A stretch of 64,000 nucleotides of DNA from Eledone cirrhosa. Taxonomy: Eukaryota. The stretch spans positions 239,382,001 to 239,446,000 of the forward strand of contig OZ024743.1 of the NCBI GenBank assembly GCA_964016885.1, in the 5' to 3' direction. Shown one piece after another: positions 47,283-61,791 of this stretch (positions within the stretch are counted from its first letter, which is position 1; each line of letters begins with the position of its first letter). The translations under genes were made by a program, and so were the position numbers. The notes under the pieces are model-generated. The model was given only the letters and a program-made list of their open reading frames with translations. It ran no database searches and was not told where the DNA came from.

Positions 47283-48093
47283 AAGACAGGGGGGAAGAAA
47301 AAAATGGCTTCACTTGTGCTTTCAACAAATTTATTTTCTTCACAAAATCCAAAAATAATTTTTTTCCGGATTAGAAAAAATTATTTTTCAAAAGTTTTTT
47401 TTATAAATTGAGTCGTTGGTTGTTGGTTAGGTCTTAGGAGTTCTTGGTTAACGTAGGAGGTATTGTTTCGTTTTTAGAATATGGTGGATTGTGTGGACGT
47501 ACTTGAGAGTGGTCCGTGGCACTGTTACGTATTTGAGGATTGAAACGAAAGCTAGACATGGGTGAGAGGAATGAACTATAGGGAGCTGAAAGAAAGACAT
47601 ATTTGGGACAAATAAGCAACATGAAATCTATTACACCAGTAAACGTTTTGTGTTTTATTGTTTGTTTATGTGAGGATAGAGTTGTAGAATGTGTATGGGA
47701 ATTAGGGTTAGGATAAAATTGATAAAAATGAATTATAAAGAATAAAGGATGGAATTATAACTAGGATTAATGTATTAACCGTGGGCGGGTACGTGGCTAC
47801 TGTCAACCAATCTTTTTGGGGTTTAGTATGGGTTAGTTGATGGTTCACCGCTAGCCCTTTCGAATCTAGACTCTTCCCTCAGATGCTGTCCCTCATGTTT
47901 GGTATTGTTTTACCCGTCTGACTATGGGTACAGGTGTTTCCAAGTGTCCAGATCACTCCGACGGTTCAGTATTGGTTCACCCTTCCTAATGACCAGCTTC
48001 TAATTCGATATATGTGTGTATATATATACATATCTATTTCGTTTTTGAATTTGTTCTGCAAGATTTCTTATGACCCCCCTAAATAAAAAAATA

Positions 48094-48171
<78 letters not shown>

Positions 48172-48176
48172 TATAC

Positions 48177-48249
<73 letters not shown>

Positions 48250-49355
48250 ACAAATAATTCATCGCTCTACATGGTGGTTGAATACAATAAATGTAATCTG
48301 AGTTTTTCGAATATTAATAATAATATTCGATTCGTTTGTAATTATGCAAACAGCCTCTTTAAAGCCATGTCAGTAGAATAACAATCATTCTTGCTCTTGT
48401 GTTGGCATGTAAACAGAACTGCAGACACTAATGTTTCTGGGTGATTACCCTTCATCAATACAGTTTAGCTGCTAAATATCAGAATATACCTATATATATA
48501 GGTATATTTAAAAAGAAAACGCTTATCAGAATACATAGCGATGCAGATAGCAGTTGAAAAGGAGGGATTACATAAAATCGAGCCCGGTGCTGTTAGAAAT
48601 TCATGACGTTCCAAAAACTATTTATGATTAGCAAAGACTCACGAATATTGAAACCAATTTTAGGTCTATTACATCTTGGACACAATGCAATTAGTTTTCA
48701 GGTATACTATTTAAAGTGCATATACTGGAAGAATGCAAAACAAATGGCGACAATTCCTCTACTTTCGTCTGCGAGAAAGGAAGACACATTGGATGTTGTT
48801 CCCATATATAAGCCTGGAATTATAGCGCAAAAACGTCTGAAATGTAAAAATGTTTTTCCCCCAACCACAGAGATTTAGCGGATAGAGTGATGTCGCAATG
48901 TGAGCTTCTATTATCCATGTTATTTAGACTTAAGGCAAAATGTCGGTTCACTAATCTTCCAAATGTGTGTTTCGCGGCAATAAGCTATTAATAAAGATGT
49001 TATTAGTTAACAATATACAGCGAAAACTGAATTTCTAGGTTCTATTTACAAATAAAAGTATACTTTCAAAACGCAAATCATAATATTCCCCAGACAGTTA
49101 TCAGAAACTCTCTCTCTTTCTCTTTCTCTCATTCAATTCATTGAATGGACAGATATACAACTCTGAATAGGATGTTAAACTTCATTTAGAAGATATCATC
49201 TAAAGCGGATAATAATGGATTTGCTCACGAGGTGGCAGAAAATACGGGAAAGAAACTTTAATTATTTCCTCGATTGAATAAATCGGTGTGTGTCTAATAC
49301 TCGATATTTTATGTTTTAACTTCTCTTAAAAACTCGGATGGACTTTTTGCCCATC

Positions 49356-49399
<44 letters not shown>

Positions 49400-49422
49400 G
49401 TATAAAAATCAATACAATATAA

Positions 49423-49498
49423 TTACCTCATTACCAGAGGTTTCCCGAATGAGGCGAATACGAAATAAACGACTTCATTCGTTCGTCAGACGAGGCAA
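49423..49498 (-). ncRNA. Type I hammerhead ribozyme in the 3' pLTR (family E)
   Basis: Reverse complement of 53675-53750. Confidence 0.85.
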
Positions 49499-50659
49499 TA
49501 TAAAACATGGGCAAATACTTAGAAAAACACATCAAGAAAATCAAAAAAAGATATAGATAAATGAAATAGAAATTGAAATATATAAAAATCTATCAAGAAA
49601 TATAGTTAGGTGTGTGTATATGTATGTATATACGCTCCCAGATGTGCATATATGTATATGTGTACGTGTACATGTATAGTGAGAAAGTGTGCGTAATTCT
49701 AAAATAGGGCAAATGTATCTATATGTCTGTATTATACAAACAGAAATGGTTACATCGTAAATATACGATTATGAAGGCGCGCGCATAAAACGCCTGGACA
49801 CTCGTACGCTTAGGTTCGGAAAGAAAGGAGGTAAGGGAGTGTAATAATTAAAAGAAAAGGGTCAGTCTCGATGTATTTATAAAAATATAATAACGATAAA
49901 TTAGAAAGAAAAAATTAAAGAAAACAAAAAAGGGGGGTATATACATACACAGACACGCGTGTCTCACAAAAGAAATGTAAAAATAATTATGCTTATATAA
50001 ACACGCGCACTTACACTTCCATACGTTCGATACCTACATACACACACACACTCACACATACCTATACTCACGCATATAAACCTGTTTACATGCCCACGTA
50101 TGAAACTGAGTAAGTAAAAAAAGGAAGGGGGGGGGGAGAAGATAAAAGGAACAAAACATAAAACCGAGATGTCAAAAACACGGATATAAAGACACGTACA
50201 CATACGCATATTATATACATACACACACACACAAACACCTGTACACACACACACATATACACATACACACACACACATACATACACACACATACACACAC
50301 GCACGCGCGCGCGCATACGTAGTCACTCATGTACATATATAAAAAGTATACACACATTAAGGCGTTCAGCCATATTGAAATGTGGATAAATAAGTACAAA
50401 TATAAAATTGTAAGATAGGCTGCGCAAAAATAAAATAAAAATGAAAATATCTGGATTGAAAAACACAAAAGACAAGTGTAATCAGTTAGTGGAGGAAAAA
50501 GGGAAGTAAAAAATAGAAAATAGGAAGTGGATCGGAGAATAAAGGGGGGGGGGGGAATGTGAAGTAAAAATAAATAAAAGTGAAAATAAATGAAATTATT
50601 GACAAGGATAAAAATGAAAGTAAGTCAGAAAGGGTAATTAAAAAGAGAATAATAAGAGT

Positions 50660-52796
50660 TTATGGAGGATAAGAATCTGAAAGTGTGTTAAGTTTATATG
50701 AGCTGGAAAGCAGGTGTGATTTCATGTGTGGGTAACTGGTGAAAATTTCCGTCTTTGTGTTCAGGTAGGTCTTTGGTGATTTAAGATTTTGCAATATCCA
50801 AAATTTTTCATTTACGCAGAGCGTGCATTTTCTTGTTCCTCTAGCATATTTTTTAGATTGGTTCAAAATTGACCAATCTAGTTTATATTGGATGCCTTGG
50901 TCTTTCAAATCCCAAATTCTGCTAGCCAGAGCTGTTGTAAATCTTTTTTCTGGATGTCGAAAGGATGCGACATGTGAGTAATAACGCGTTTTGAATCTGT
51001 CTTGCGTCATACCCACATATCGTTCACTGGTGGCTGGATGGTTGTTGCTGATGGTTGTCACTTTAGCCGCATATACAATGGCTTTGGTGTTGCATTTACC
51101 TTGTAATGGGCATTCACTTTTGATTCTGCAGGAGCAAGTTTGATTTTCTCTAGGTGATATTTTGTTGAGGATATAGGACTTAATAGGGGGACCGCAGGAA
51201 TAGCTAATTTTAACACAGTTTCTGTTAAAGATCTTATAGTATCTATGTGTTCTAGGGAAATGTTTATCTAGGAGTTCTAGGAATTTTTTGCCTACATTAG
51301 TTTTAACTGCTAGAGAGTAGGGGGGTGTGAACCAGATTATTTTTCTTTTCCTATTTTTATGTTTAATAGAGTTAGTGTAGTTAGGTATGTATTTAATCGG
51401 TTCGCTAAAGCCGCTATTTTGGAGGGCTTTATTATAGTAGGGGGATGCCTTATTAAAAATAGCTTCTGAGGAAGAGAGGGTGGAGATCCTACGGCTAATA
51501 TTAGGGATAAGGTTTTTAAAAACTATAGGTGGATGGCAAGATCCTTTATTTATATATTTTAAGTTTTCATTAGGTTTATGGTATGGTTTATAAGAAGCAG
51601 TAGGCAAATCTAGGTTTATATCTAGGAAATCTACGTTGGAAAGGTTAGTGTCAATAGTAATTTTAAGATTAAAACTAGCGAAGGTTTTTATTAAGTCTTT
51701 CCTTAAACTATCTAAGTTATGGCCTATGGTGGTATGGGAAAGTATTAGACCATCATCGCGATAAAGCCCAAAAATATGGTTAGGAAATTTTTCTTTAAGT
51801 GTATGTAAGAGGAATAGGCCGACCAGATCACAAACCTCTGCACTGTCATAAGAGCCCATTGAGACATCGAATGGGTTCTCTGGGTTAGATATTTTTACCC
51901 AAGTGTCATTATCATTAAAAAGTAGAGTGTTCCTAGCATGCAAGATGACATCCTCTTCGACATTGGAGATATTAGTGAACCCTCTAGCGAAATTTAAAGC
52001 TTTCACTAAAAGGGTCTGAGTAATAGATGGGTAGAAATCTACGATGTCAAATTGGGTGAATCTAGAACTGATTTTGTTTTTAATATTATTAAACCAATGT
52101 ACTACGGAAGAGCTATTTATCCATTGGAGTAATTTAGACTTACTTCTAATGTGTGTATTTAATTTATTTAAAATTTTTTTGCTGGCAAGACCAATATCAG
52201 TCTTAGCAGGGTTGATTAATCTACAACTAGGGCGATTAATAAAGTCGGGTTTATGATCTTTAAGGGTGATATACAGAACGTTTAGCAAGTTTTTCTGTCC
52301 TATTATCTACTTTTAAAGAAACAGCTAATTCTTTAGCTTCCTTATTTATATTATGGTACGTATTTATATTAGCTATTTGGTATTTAGAGGTGATATTATC
52401 TATTAATAGTTGGTCGTGTAAATTATTATTAACTTCGTATAGGTTTTTAGTTTTATCTGAGAAGATGAACTTATTATTAGAAGATTTGAAAGTAGAAATA
52501 TCATTAGATAATTTAAATTGAAAGGGGTTATAGTACTTACGAAAATTGATGTTGTTGATAAGGTTAACTAGGTCTAATTCAAAGGCGGTCATATCTTTTA
52601 CTCTTTGCGGGTATTTGTGAGTTTTGATGTCAAAATATTCCGTAGAATCCATGTTAAATTGACCATCGAGAATCAAAGCTTTCCATCTCATTCTTTTAAC
52701 AACCCTCTCTACTTTGTCTATCAGTATTTTCGTGTAGAGAGTGTTAGAAGTTGTTGGGATATTCTTTACAGAGTAGTCCAAAGGGTATTTGTCCAC
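50660..52796 (-). CDS. Penelope RT + GIY-YIG polyprotein, one frameshift near 52280
   Basis: YITLKDHK, CRLINP, QFDIVDFYPSI, MGSYDSAEVCDLVG, GLYRDDG, DFLDI, AIVYAA...RYVGMTQDRFKTRY and CTLCVNEK. Confidence 0.9.
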
Positions 52797-53674
52797 GTTC
52801 GGTATTGGTTTAAAATCCTATGACTGAAGAGTGCTCGACTTTAAAAGGGCTGGAAGGTGCCAATCTCATAACGATGTAGAATGTGCTGCGATCATTCCCT
52901 TGGGAGCTTTATAAGTATTGAAATTTCCGTTGGAAACAGAAAAGGTCATAGAAATGAAGATAGTATGCGTATGTGTACGTGTCTTTATATCCGTGTTTTT
53001 GACATCTCGGTTTTATGTTTTGTTCCTTTTTTCTCCCCCCCCCTCTTCCTTTTTTTACTTACTCAGTTTCATACGTGGGCATGTAAACAGGTTTATATGC
53101 GTGAGTATAGGTATGTGTGAGTGTATGTGTGTATGTAGGTATCGAACGTATGGAAGTGTAAGTGCGCGTGTTTATATAAGCATAATTATTTTTACATTTC
53201 TTTTGTGAGACACGCGTGTCTGTGTATGTATATACCCCCCTTTTTTTGTTTTCTTCAATTTTTTCTTTCTAATTTATCGTTATTATATTTTTATAAATAC
53301 ATCGAGACTGACCCTTTTCTTTTAATTATTACACTCCCTTACCTCCTTTCTTTCCGAACCTAAGCGTACGAGTGTCCAGGCGTTTTATGCGCGCGCCTTC
53401 ATAATCGTATATTTACGATGTAACCATTTCTGTTTGTATAATACAGACATATAGATACATTTGCCCTATTTTAGAATTACGCACACTTTCTCACTATACA
53501 TGTACACGTACACATATACATATATGCACATCTGGGAGCGTATATACATACATATACACACACCTAACTATATTTCTTGATAGATTTTTATATATTTCAA
53601 TTTCTAATTCATTTATCTATATCTTTTTTTGATTTTCTTGATGTGTTTTTCTAAGTATTTGCCCATGTTTTATA

Positions 53675-53750
53675 TTGCCTCGTCTGACGAACGAATGAAG
53701 TCGTTTATTTCGTATTCGCCTCATTCGGGAAACCTCTGGTAATGAGGTAA
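53675..53750 (+). ncRNA. Type I hammerhead ribozyme in the inverted pLTR (family E)
   Basis: TTGCCTCGT-CTGACGA-A-CGAATGA(22 nt)TCATTCG-G-GAAA-CC(TCT)GG-TA^ATGAGGTAA, with a 9-bp stem I. Confidence 0.85.
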
Positions 53751-53851
53751 TTATATTGTATTGATTTTTATACATTAAATTTTGCTCTGATACTTACATA
53801 GAGCACTCTTCATTTCTATGACCTTTTCTGTTTCCAACGGAAATTTCAATA

Positions 53852-53904
<53 letters not shown>

Positions 53905-54075
53905 ATAATAAATGTGAAGACTAAAATCCGAAGAGGGCTCGATAAGGATTATATATATGTGTATATATATATAAACCCATAGAGAAAATATTTATTATAA
54001 GAACGGATTAGAGTACAAGAACGGATTAAAATTTAAGCAAAGAATCCCTGCTTTTACTCTTAACGGGAACTTCTG

Positions 54076-54129
<54 letters not shown>

Positions 54130-54362
54130 TTGCAAGGTTTTTGATATGATATCATGAGTTGAAACAAATATTGGTATATTTGGGGAGGGTCATATTGTTA
54201 TAATATTCCCAGAAATAATAATAAAACACACTCATTGTTTGGTTTGGATTAGTTTTCGCTTCTGTATCTTTTATATCGCGATAGTTAATTTATTTGGCAA
54301 TCAATGTTTATCATTGATTGACCAGCGGTTAAAAATATAGATATAAAAATATATATAGAGTC

Positions 54363-54406
54363 TATCAAAGTTCTTTCATAACACAACTGTGACATCATCA
54401 GTGGTA
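54363..54406 (-). ncRNA. Degenerate family-F hammerhead in an old pLTR remnant (about 54127-54530)
   Basis: Minus strand: TACCA-CTGATGA-T-GTCACA(GTTG)TGTTAT-GAAA-GAAC-TT^TGATA; homologous to 63236-63280. Confidence 0.5.
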
Positions 54407-54548
54407 CTATTATGTTTCCTCCCGTTGTATTGTAATGTCTACGCTATTTTTATTTATTTATTTGTTCTTGTCTCTGTTTGCGGATGCGTTTAAAACAATA
54501 ACAATAATGCACACACGTACACACACACAAACACACAAACACACATAC

Positions 54549-54662
<114 letters not shown>

Positions 54663-55540
54663 TCAACGTGACGGTTTTAAACATTAAAAAAACATTGAAA
54701 AATTAATTAAAAGCATGCCATAAGCTGTGGTGAATGTAAAGTATTAAGTTTGAATAACAACAGCATATTTAGTTTGGATAAACAGCTTAGAGGAGAGTGG
54801 GTATTTGATTCTCGGGATTTAATTTGCTGCAGGTATTTTATAGTATTCAGAAAGTATAATTATTCATAAGTGTAGTCTATAAATGGATTTCCAATTTAGG
54901 CACAAAAGAAGGAAAGATCTGATTTAATCAACCCCAGTACTTGACTGGCATTTTATTTTATCAAGCCCGGAAAGGCAAAAGATTTGAACGCACACGGTAA
55001 AGAGCCAGAACAACTACAGCGATGGCATTTTATCTAATGCTCTACCGATTCTGTCAATCCATCACCCTCACTCACAGAAGTAGTCTACGATGGCATTTTA
55101 TCTAATGCTCTACCGATTCTGTCAATCCATCACCCTCACTCACAGAAGTAGTCTATCTAAATACTACTAATACTCTGTGATTGCTTCCTTGCTTGCTTGT
55201 CTGAAATGTAATACAGCCAAAAGGGGGCATTAGGGAAAATACTTTAAAAGGAAGTTGACCCTGAAATCGGAATGCAAATTGAATAAAATATGTTTCGCGT
55301 AAATCGGAACACATGTTCCCAAGATACGGGGTTTTTCTGGGTACTTTCATAAATAGAGCGAGAGGGGGGGATAGAGAGAAAGAGATAGTGGTTGTGAGAG
55401 AGTAGATTGAATGAGAGACAGAGAGAGAAAGAGAAGGAGACAGAGAAGGAAAATGGAAGAGAGAGAGAGAGGGATCTGATGGTGTTGTTGAATGAAATTA
55501 TAACTGGTGACCTCATAGAAACGAATATAGCATTACTGTA

Positions 55541-55624
55541 TCCTACTAAATAGAAGCGGTTTCTAAATGTATCTGTGTATATGTGTTTAAGCGAACGTGA
55601 CCCAACGGGTCACTGGTGGTTTAG
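55541..55624 (+). mobile_element. 84-bp mini-Helitron candidate
   Basis: A|TC start, perfect hairpin GTGACCC-AAC-GGGTCAC (55597-55613) and TTAG|T end (a CTAG variant). Confidence 0.5.
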
Positions 55625-55715
55625 TATATTCCAAAAGTTTAAATATAACTTATATATAAGTGTATGTGTGTGTCTGCTTGCGTGTGTGTGTACGCGCACA
55701 CGTGTGTATGTTTCT

Positions 55716-55784
<69 letters not shown>

Positions 55785-55800
55785 AGTGTGTGTGTGTGTG

Positions 55801-55943
<143 letters not shown>

Positions 55944-56265
55944 TGTGTGTGTGTGTATGCATGCTTCTGTATATGTATAGGTGAATTGGCTGCCTTTACA
56001 GCGGCGGATTAAAGGTCTCGATATTTCTTCCAGCTCTCTGTGCTCTGAGTTCGTATCCCTACCAAGATGTTTTTAACTAACAACCACATACTCTTATTAA
56101 CATTCTATCAACCCCTCTTTACAATTCACTTCTGATTTTCTGTGTCTTACCCTTCGAAACATCTATAACTTCCTACTCTCTCTCTCACTCTCTCACCCTC
56201 TCCTTCTCTCTTTCTCTCCCCCCACTCTCTCTCTCTCTCTCTCTCTCTTTATTACTTACAAATAC

Positions 56266-56450
56266 GGTGGTTTGGCAGTATCGGTAGAGCGTCAGACATT
56301 ATGCTTTGCAGCAGTGAGTTATGGCATTTTGCGTTCTGAGTCCAAATCCGCCGAGGTTAACTTTGCCTTTCCTCCTTAGGAGGTCGATAAAATAAAGTAC
56401 CAGTGATGCACTGGCGTAATCCGTGGCCTTGTGCCCAAAGTAGAAACTGT
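56266..56450 (+). mobile_element. SINE family 1
   Basis: Same boxes and central block as 751-940. Confidence 0.8.
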
Positions 56451-56476
56451 ATTATTCTATATGTCACACTCTATAT

Positions 56477-59376
56477 CAGAAAATTTTCTGTGGACCAATT
56501 TAAATTCTGAAAAATTTAAATTCTTCCGTACACGCACACGTCACACAAACGAAACATGCTTCATCACACCTCACACCTGTGAGTGCACTTGAGAGCACGC
56601 CTTTCCTATTGGACGATTAGCTATCTAATCATACACGGACTCGTACCAGACAAGTACAGACGCGTACAGATGTTAGCGCGCATAAAAACACAAAACACAT
56701 CGCGTGTTCTCGGCTGGTCGACACGATCGTGTTTTCTACCTGACTTTTGAATTGAGTATTACTAGCAAAACAGGAGTTCTTACGGCTTACCCAACATAAC
56801 ATATTATCTCTCCAGGTACGTACATGTTTACGCAAGTGTTAGTCTAATTGTAGTCTGTAGAAATTGTGTTGTCAGTGATATGGAAAAACGTTCTCTAAAT
56901 TCTTCGTTCACTGAATCGGAAAAACGATTTTGTAGACGATATAACTCAGATTATATCAGATATGTTTATTTTATCCAGCGCAGAAGATCCTTCATTACCA
57001 CAGTTTATCATCCGCTCAAAATATTAACTAACGACTCAATGAAACCTTCGAAATTATTGTATCATCAAAAGCAAGTCCATCCCGATTTATATGGCAAGCC
57101 TAAGTAGTACTTCGAAGAATATCTTCGCAAGAAAAAAGCGTCATCTGCATCACTGAATATTTCCCTATCCCATGCTAACAACAGTTCTGGTTTGCAAGCG
57201 TCCTACAATATTTCGCTCATGATAGCAAAACAGGGTCGCCCACATACCATTGGCGAAGACCTGATTAGGCCCTCAATACTTGAAGGATATAAAGTTGCTA
57301 ATGTGTCGAACGCTGCCTCAGTTTTAGCAACTATTCCACTTTCCAACAGCACGGTATCTTCCCGCATTTCTTAAATGGCTGAATATGTCAAATCTACAGT
57401 TGTAGAAGAATTGCGACACTGCAGATTTTCGTTGACGGTGGATGATAGCACTTTTGACAACCAATGTGTAGTGCTTGCTTTTGCAACTGTACTGAAAAAC
57501 ACTGGAGAGATGATCTACAATGCAGTCATGGATTTTCTCACTAAAAATGACATTGATCCCCACAACACCATATCAATATGCACTGATGGAGCAGCCTCTA
57601 TGGTTGGAAAATCCCAGCGTTTTGTTGCAAGATGGAGAGAATTTAATCACATCTTCACAACTCATTGCGTACTCCATCGAGAAAATTCAATAGCAAAAAA
57701 AATCGGAAGTTATACCTTTTCTGAAATCCTTAACACAATTGTTTTCGCAGTCAACAAGATCAAAATATCTGGTCTTCGGGACAGGCTTTTCCAAGAAACT
57801 TGCAAAGATGAAAGGTTCAACCGTCTGATGTATTCGACAGATATACGCTGGCTATCAATGGGAAGCTGCCTTGGACGTTTTGTTGCACTCTTTGATAAAG
57901 TCATAGAATTTCTTCAACAGACTGATCCAATTATGACAGCATCACATTTTGAGAATAAACCCGCAATTTTGTACTTGCATGAGATCTTTCAAAAACTAAA
58001 TGTTCTCAACCTTTCTTTGCAAAAGCAGAACATCAACGTTGTACGTGCCAAACACTTGATAAGGGCTTTCATGAATAAGCTCGTTCTATCGAAAATTCAA
58101 ATTGAAGATCATAACTTTTCGCAGTTCGAGAGCCTAAAAACTGTTGTGGTAGATAATGACTTGCAGAAATCTATAATCGAGGATCTATCTTTCCTTCATG
58201 AAAACTTCAATAATCGTTATGAAGATCTTTTGGCTTTAAATATCTCAATTTTTGTGGATTCTCTTCACACAATGTCTATGAACGACATACTTGTTCAACC
58301 AGAATGTCTTCAGATGGAGGCGACGGTAGATGATAATCTGCATACATTTTCTGAAACTAACTGGGTTGATGCTTGGTTGAATCATCGTCAAGATTATCCA
58401 AAGCCGTTTGAATAAGCCTATCATAATAAATCTCCCTACATCTTACTTGGTTGAAAAGGGATTTTCATTGTCCTCCACACATACACAAAGCAGCGGAGGC
58501 GTTTGATCCTCGACAACAATGCCGATTTGAGACTTCGATTGAGCCACATAGAGCCGAGGATTTCTAAACCTGTGGATCAAAAACAAGCACAAGGGTCTCA
58601 TTGACAGTTTTTTGACGTGTTGTCTGATGACTTGGCGAAATTGTGTCGTTGACATTTTTAATTCAATTCAATTTGTTGTATTCCCTCAAACGTTTACACG
58701 ACCTTTTGTACTGATCCCAACTTAGATCTTCAAGTTTGTTTAACTTATCCTACACATTATCATATTTAAACTGTACAGCTTTTCATTTCATCTGAATGAT
58801 AGGAGGGTTTTCCAGGATTCTGCAACCTTTTTCTACTCGATTCTATCAAAAAAAGCTTTATTGAAAAAATAGACATTTTCAAATTGGTTTTCTTATTGGT
58901 GTTCACATTTGTTTGTTCTATTTGTCTTGGTGCTTAAAACATGTCCCTTAGGGGAACAAAAAAGGAACTTTCATTGAAAAGTGAAAATGGTATTGACCAA
59001 TCAAATCGATCTTACCAGTTAGAAGTAGAAACTTATTCTCAACATCAATGCTTCATATTTGTCCCTAAGATATGAAATCGAAAAAATTCAAATTAATAAC
59101 GAATAAGTTATGCGTTGCTTGGTGCAATAGCAAATTCTTTTTTGATCCATGCATTTAACTTAAAGCGCTGTTCTTATTCTTCTTATAAGTATGACTTCAG
59201 CTGTTTATTTGCGTAGATTTTTAGGCACTGCGACATGATAATTCATTGAAAAAAAAACATCTACTGATGCTTATAAGTAGCAGTTCTATTACAAAAGATT
59301 TAAAAGTTTAGGTAGTCCACAGGAAAAAATTACTTATTTTGGTGGTACACAGCGAAAAAAAGGTTGAGAACCCCTG
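56477..59376 (+). mobile_element. hAT DNA transposon of the Buster/Charlie type with a disrupted transposase
   Basis: 8-bp TSD CTCTATAT (56469-56476 and 59377-59384, nnnTAnnn type); right TIR GTTGAGAACCCCTG. Transposase motifs MKPSKL, IAKQGRPHTIGEDLI, IPLSNSTV, SLTVDDST, CTDGAASM, HCVLHRE, IRWLS and SYLVEKGFS. Confidence 0.92.
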
Positions 59377-59725
59377 CTCTATATCACTTTCTCCCATAGA
59401 CATTTGTAAAAGTTCTTCTCCCTATATCAATATCCTCTCTGACTCACAGATAGACAATCGAGCATTCCCCTCTCTCTCTCTCTTTCTCTTTCACACACAC
59501 ATGTGCGACAGTTCTCTATATATTACGCTTTCTCTCACTCTCTCTCTGTCTCTCAGCAACACTTTCTTACTTTTTCTCTCTCTCTAATGCACAAATTGAT
59601 ACCCTTTTCTCTCTCTCAGTATATATATCTCTCTCTCTCTCTCACACACACACTTATGTGAGATAGTTCTCTCTATAACAATCTCATTTCTCCCTCAAAC
59701 ACGGATAAACGTGCGCTCCTTCTCC

Positions 59726-59764
<39 letters not shown>

Positions 59765-60289
59765 CCCTTGTTCTTATCCGTACTCCCTCACACAGGGCAT
59801 ATCTTCCATCTATCTCTCTCATTCCTTCTCTTTCTTCCTCATTCTCTCTTATCCACATGCGCCTGCATATTCATCTTCCCTCAATCCGCTTCTTTTCTTT
59901 CTCGTCTGTTTCTTATCCTCGCTCTGAGCTTTATGCACACACACACACACACACAGAGAAATAGAGAGTCTTATTCATAATCATACATATGCACACCCAA
60001 ACACTCAGCACCTTTCTCTCTTTCGCTCTCTCTCTCTCTTTCTCTCTATGTCCCCCTCTCTTTCTTTCTCACGTACACAACCTCCCACCAACATACTACA
60101 TTCCCTCCTCTACATTCTTCCACATACAGCCGCCACACTCTCACTAGCTTAGGTTTACCTTCACAACCCCTCTAATAACCTGCTCCTCTCACCCCCTCCC
60201 ACGACGTCCAGTCACCTTCACCTCTCACTATCATCTTCTATCACCCCCTCCCATTTCTTATCCCTTCCCGACACTAGCTCTCATCACCT

Positions 60290-60612
60290 TCTCCCACTGC
60301 TTCTCACCACCACCTCTTACCAACTCCTCTCACCACCACCTCTCACTACCAACTCTCACCACCACCAACCTTATCACCTCCTCTCACCACCACCTCTCAC
60401 TACCAACTCTCACCACCCCTTACCACCTCCTCTCACCACCACCACTTCTTACCACCTCCTCTCACCACCAACTCTCACCACCTTCTCCTACCACCTCCTC
60501 TCACCAACTCCTCCTACCACCACCTCTTACTAACAACTCCTCCTACGACCACCTCTCACTACTTCCTCTCACCACCACCTCTTACCACCTCCTCTCACCA
60601 CCTCGCATCACC
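60290..60612. repeat. Degenerate C-rich minisatellite (CACCACCTCTCA/TTAC units)
   Basis: Directly visible repeated ACCACCTCTC motif. Confidence 0.7.
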
Positions 60613-60846
60613 AAAGATAAAGCAGGAACTAATTAAGCCAACTCTGAAGGGATCTGCTCCAGTGTTGTAGAGAATCAAACAAGAGTCTATACTATCTCAT
60701 CCCAGAATCGAACCCTAATTACCCCCACAGGATATATACAGGCATACATTACCTCATCCTTTACTGTCGTCTACCATCACCAGCCAGCATAATATCTCTC
60801 TCTTTTTCTCTCTACCTCTGTTTATATACATATATATATATATGTG

Positions 60847-60915
<69 letters not shown>

Positions 60916-60946
60916 GTGTGTGTATGTGTGTGTGTGTGTATGTATG

Positions 60947-60991
<45 letters not shown>

Positions 60992-61031
60992 CCTTCCACC
61001 TGTATTTGATGTCTCTCTGCACTTCTATCTA

Positions 61032-61067
<36 letters not shown>

Positions 61068-61093
61068 TCTCTAAAGAAATATATCTATATATG

Positions 61094-61134
<41 letters not shown>

Positions 61135-61480
61135 CTCTCTCTATTTATCTGTCTATCTCTTCTACTAGCCTTTCATCGTTCTTTTGTTCGCTCTATGTCT
61201 CTTTTTCTCCCACATTTCCTCCCCGTCATACACCCACTTCCACTCCCACTCTTTCTTCCTATTTATCTATATATCTAGGCCTCTATCTCTACTTAATATT
61301 TCTACATTTTTCCGCTTCTATCTCCATCTCTTACCCTCCATGTCTTTATCCCACCGTCCTTTCTCAGTGACAGACACTTTATCTCCCCACTACCTCTGTC
61401 TCCCCCTCTTTCTCTTTCAGGTGTACAATTTTGTCACATATTTGGAATTAAGCATATGTCTGTCTGTGTTCTCACTAGTG

Positions 61481-61600
61481 TATGTTCACCTGTGTGCAGT
61501 TTTGCACATATTTCAGCAAACATATGCACAAGAAGTTACCCGCTCATAAAAGCACACAGACACAGATTACATATATACATATATATATATATATATGTAA

Positions 61601-61686
<86 letters not shown>

Positions 61687-61791
61687 TTGCATATGTATAT
61701 ATATATATGTAATCTGTCTGTGTGCTTTTGTGAGCGGGGTGACTTCTTGTACAAATGTTTGCTGAGATATGTGCAAAACTGCACACAGGTG

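Larger units (their letters stand above)
49396..53855 (-). mobile_element. Near full-length Penelope element with an inverted 5' pseudo-LTR
   Basis: Split ORF 52260-52796 plus 50660-52288. 49396-50210 is the reverse complement of 52964-53777, and 52910-52960 of 53807-53857. (TA)n on both flanks. Confidence 0.93.

Noticed and set aside
48603-48878. Possible LTR-retrotransposon integrase remnant (LLHLGH)
   Set aside because: Only a weak partial motif, with no supporting domains or LTRs.
55021-55155. 68-bp tandem duplication
   Set aside because: Simple local duplication overlapping a SINE end; no further structure.
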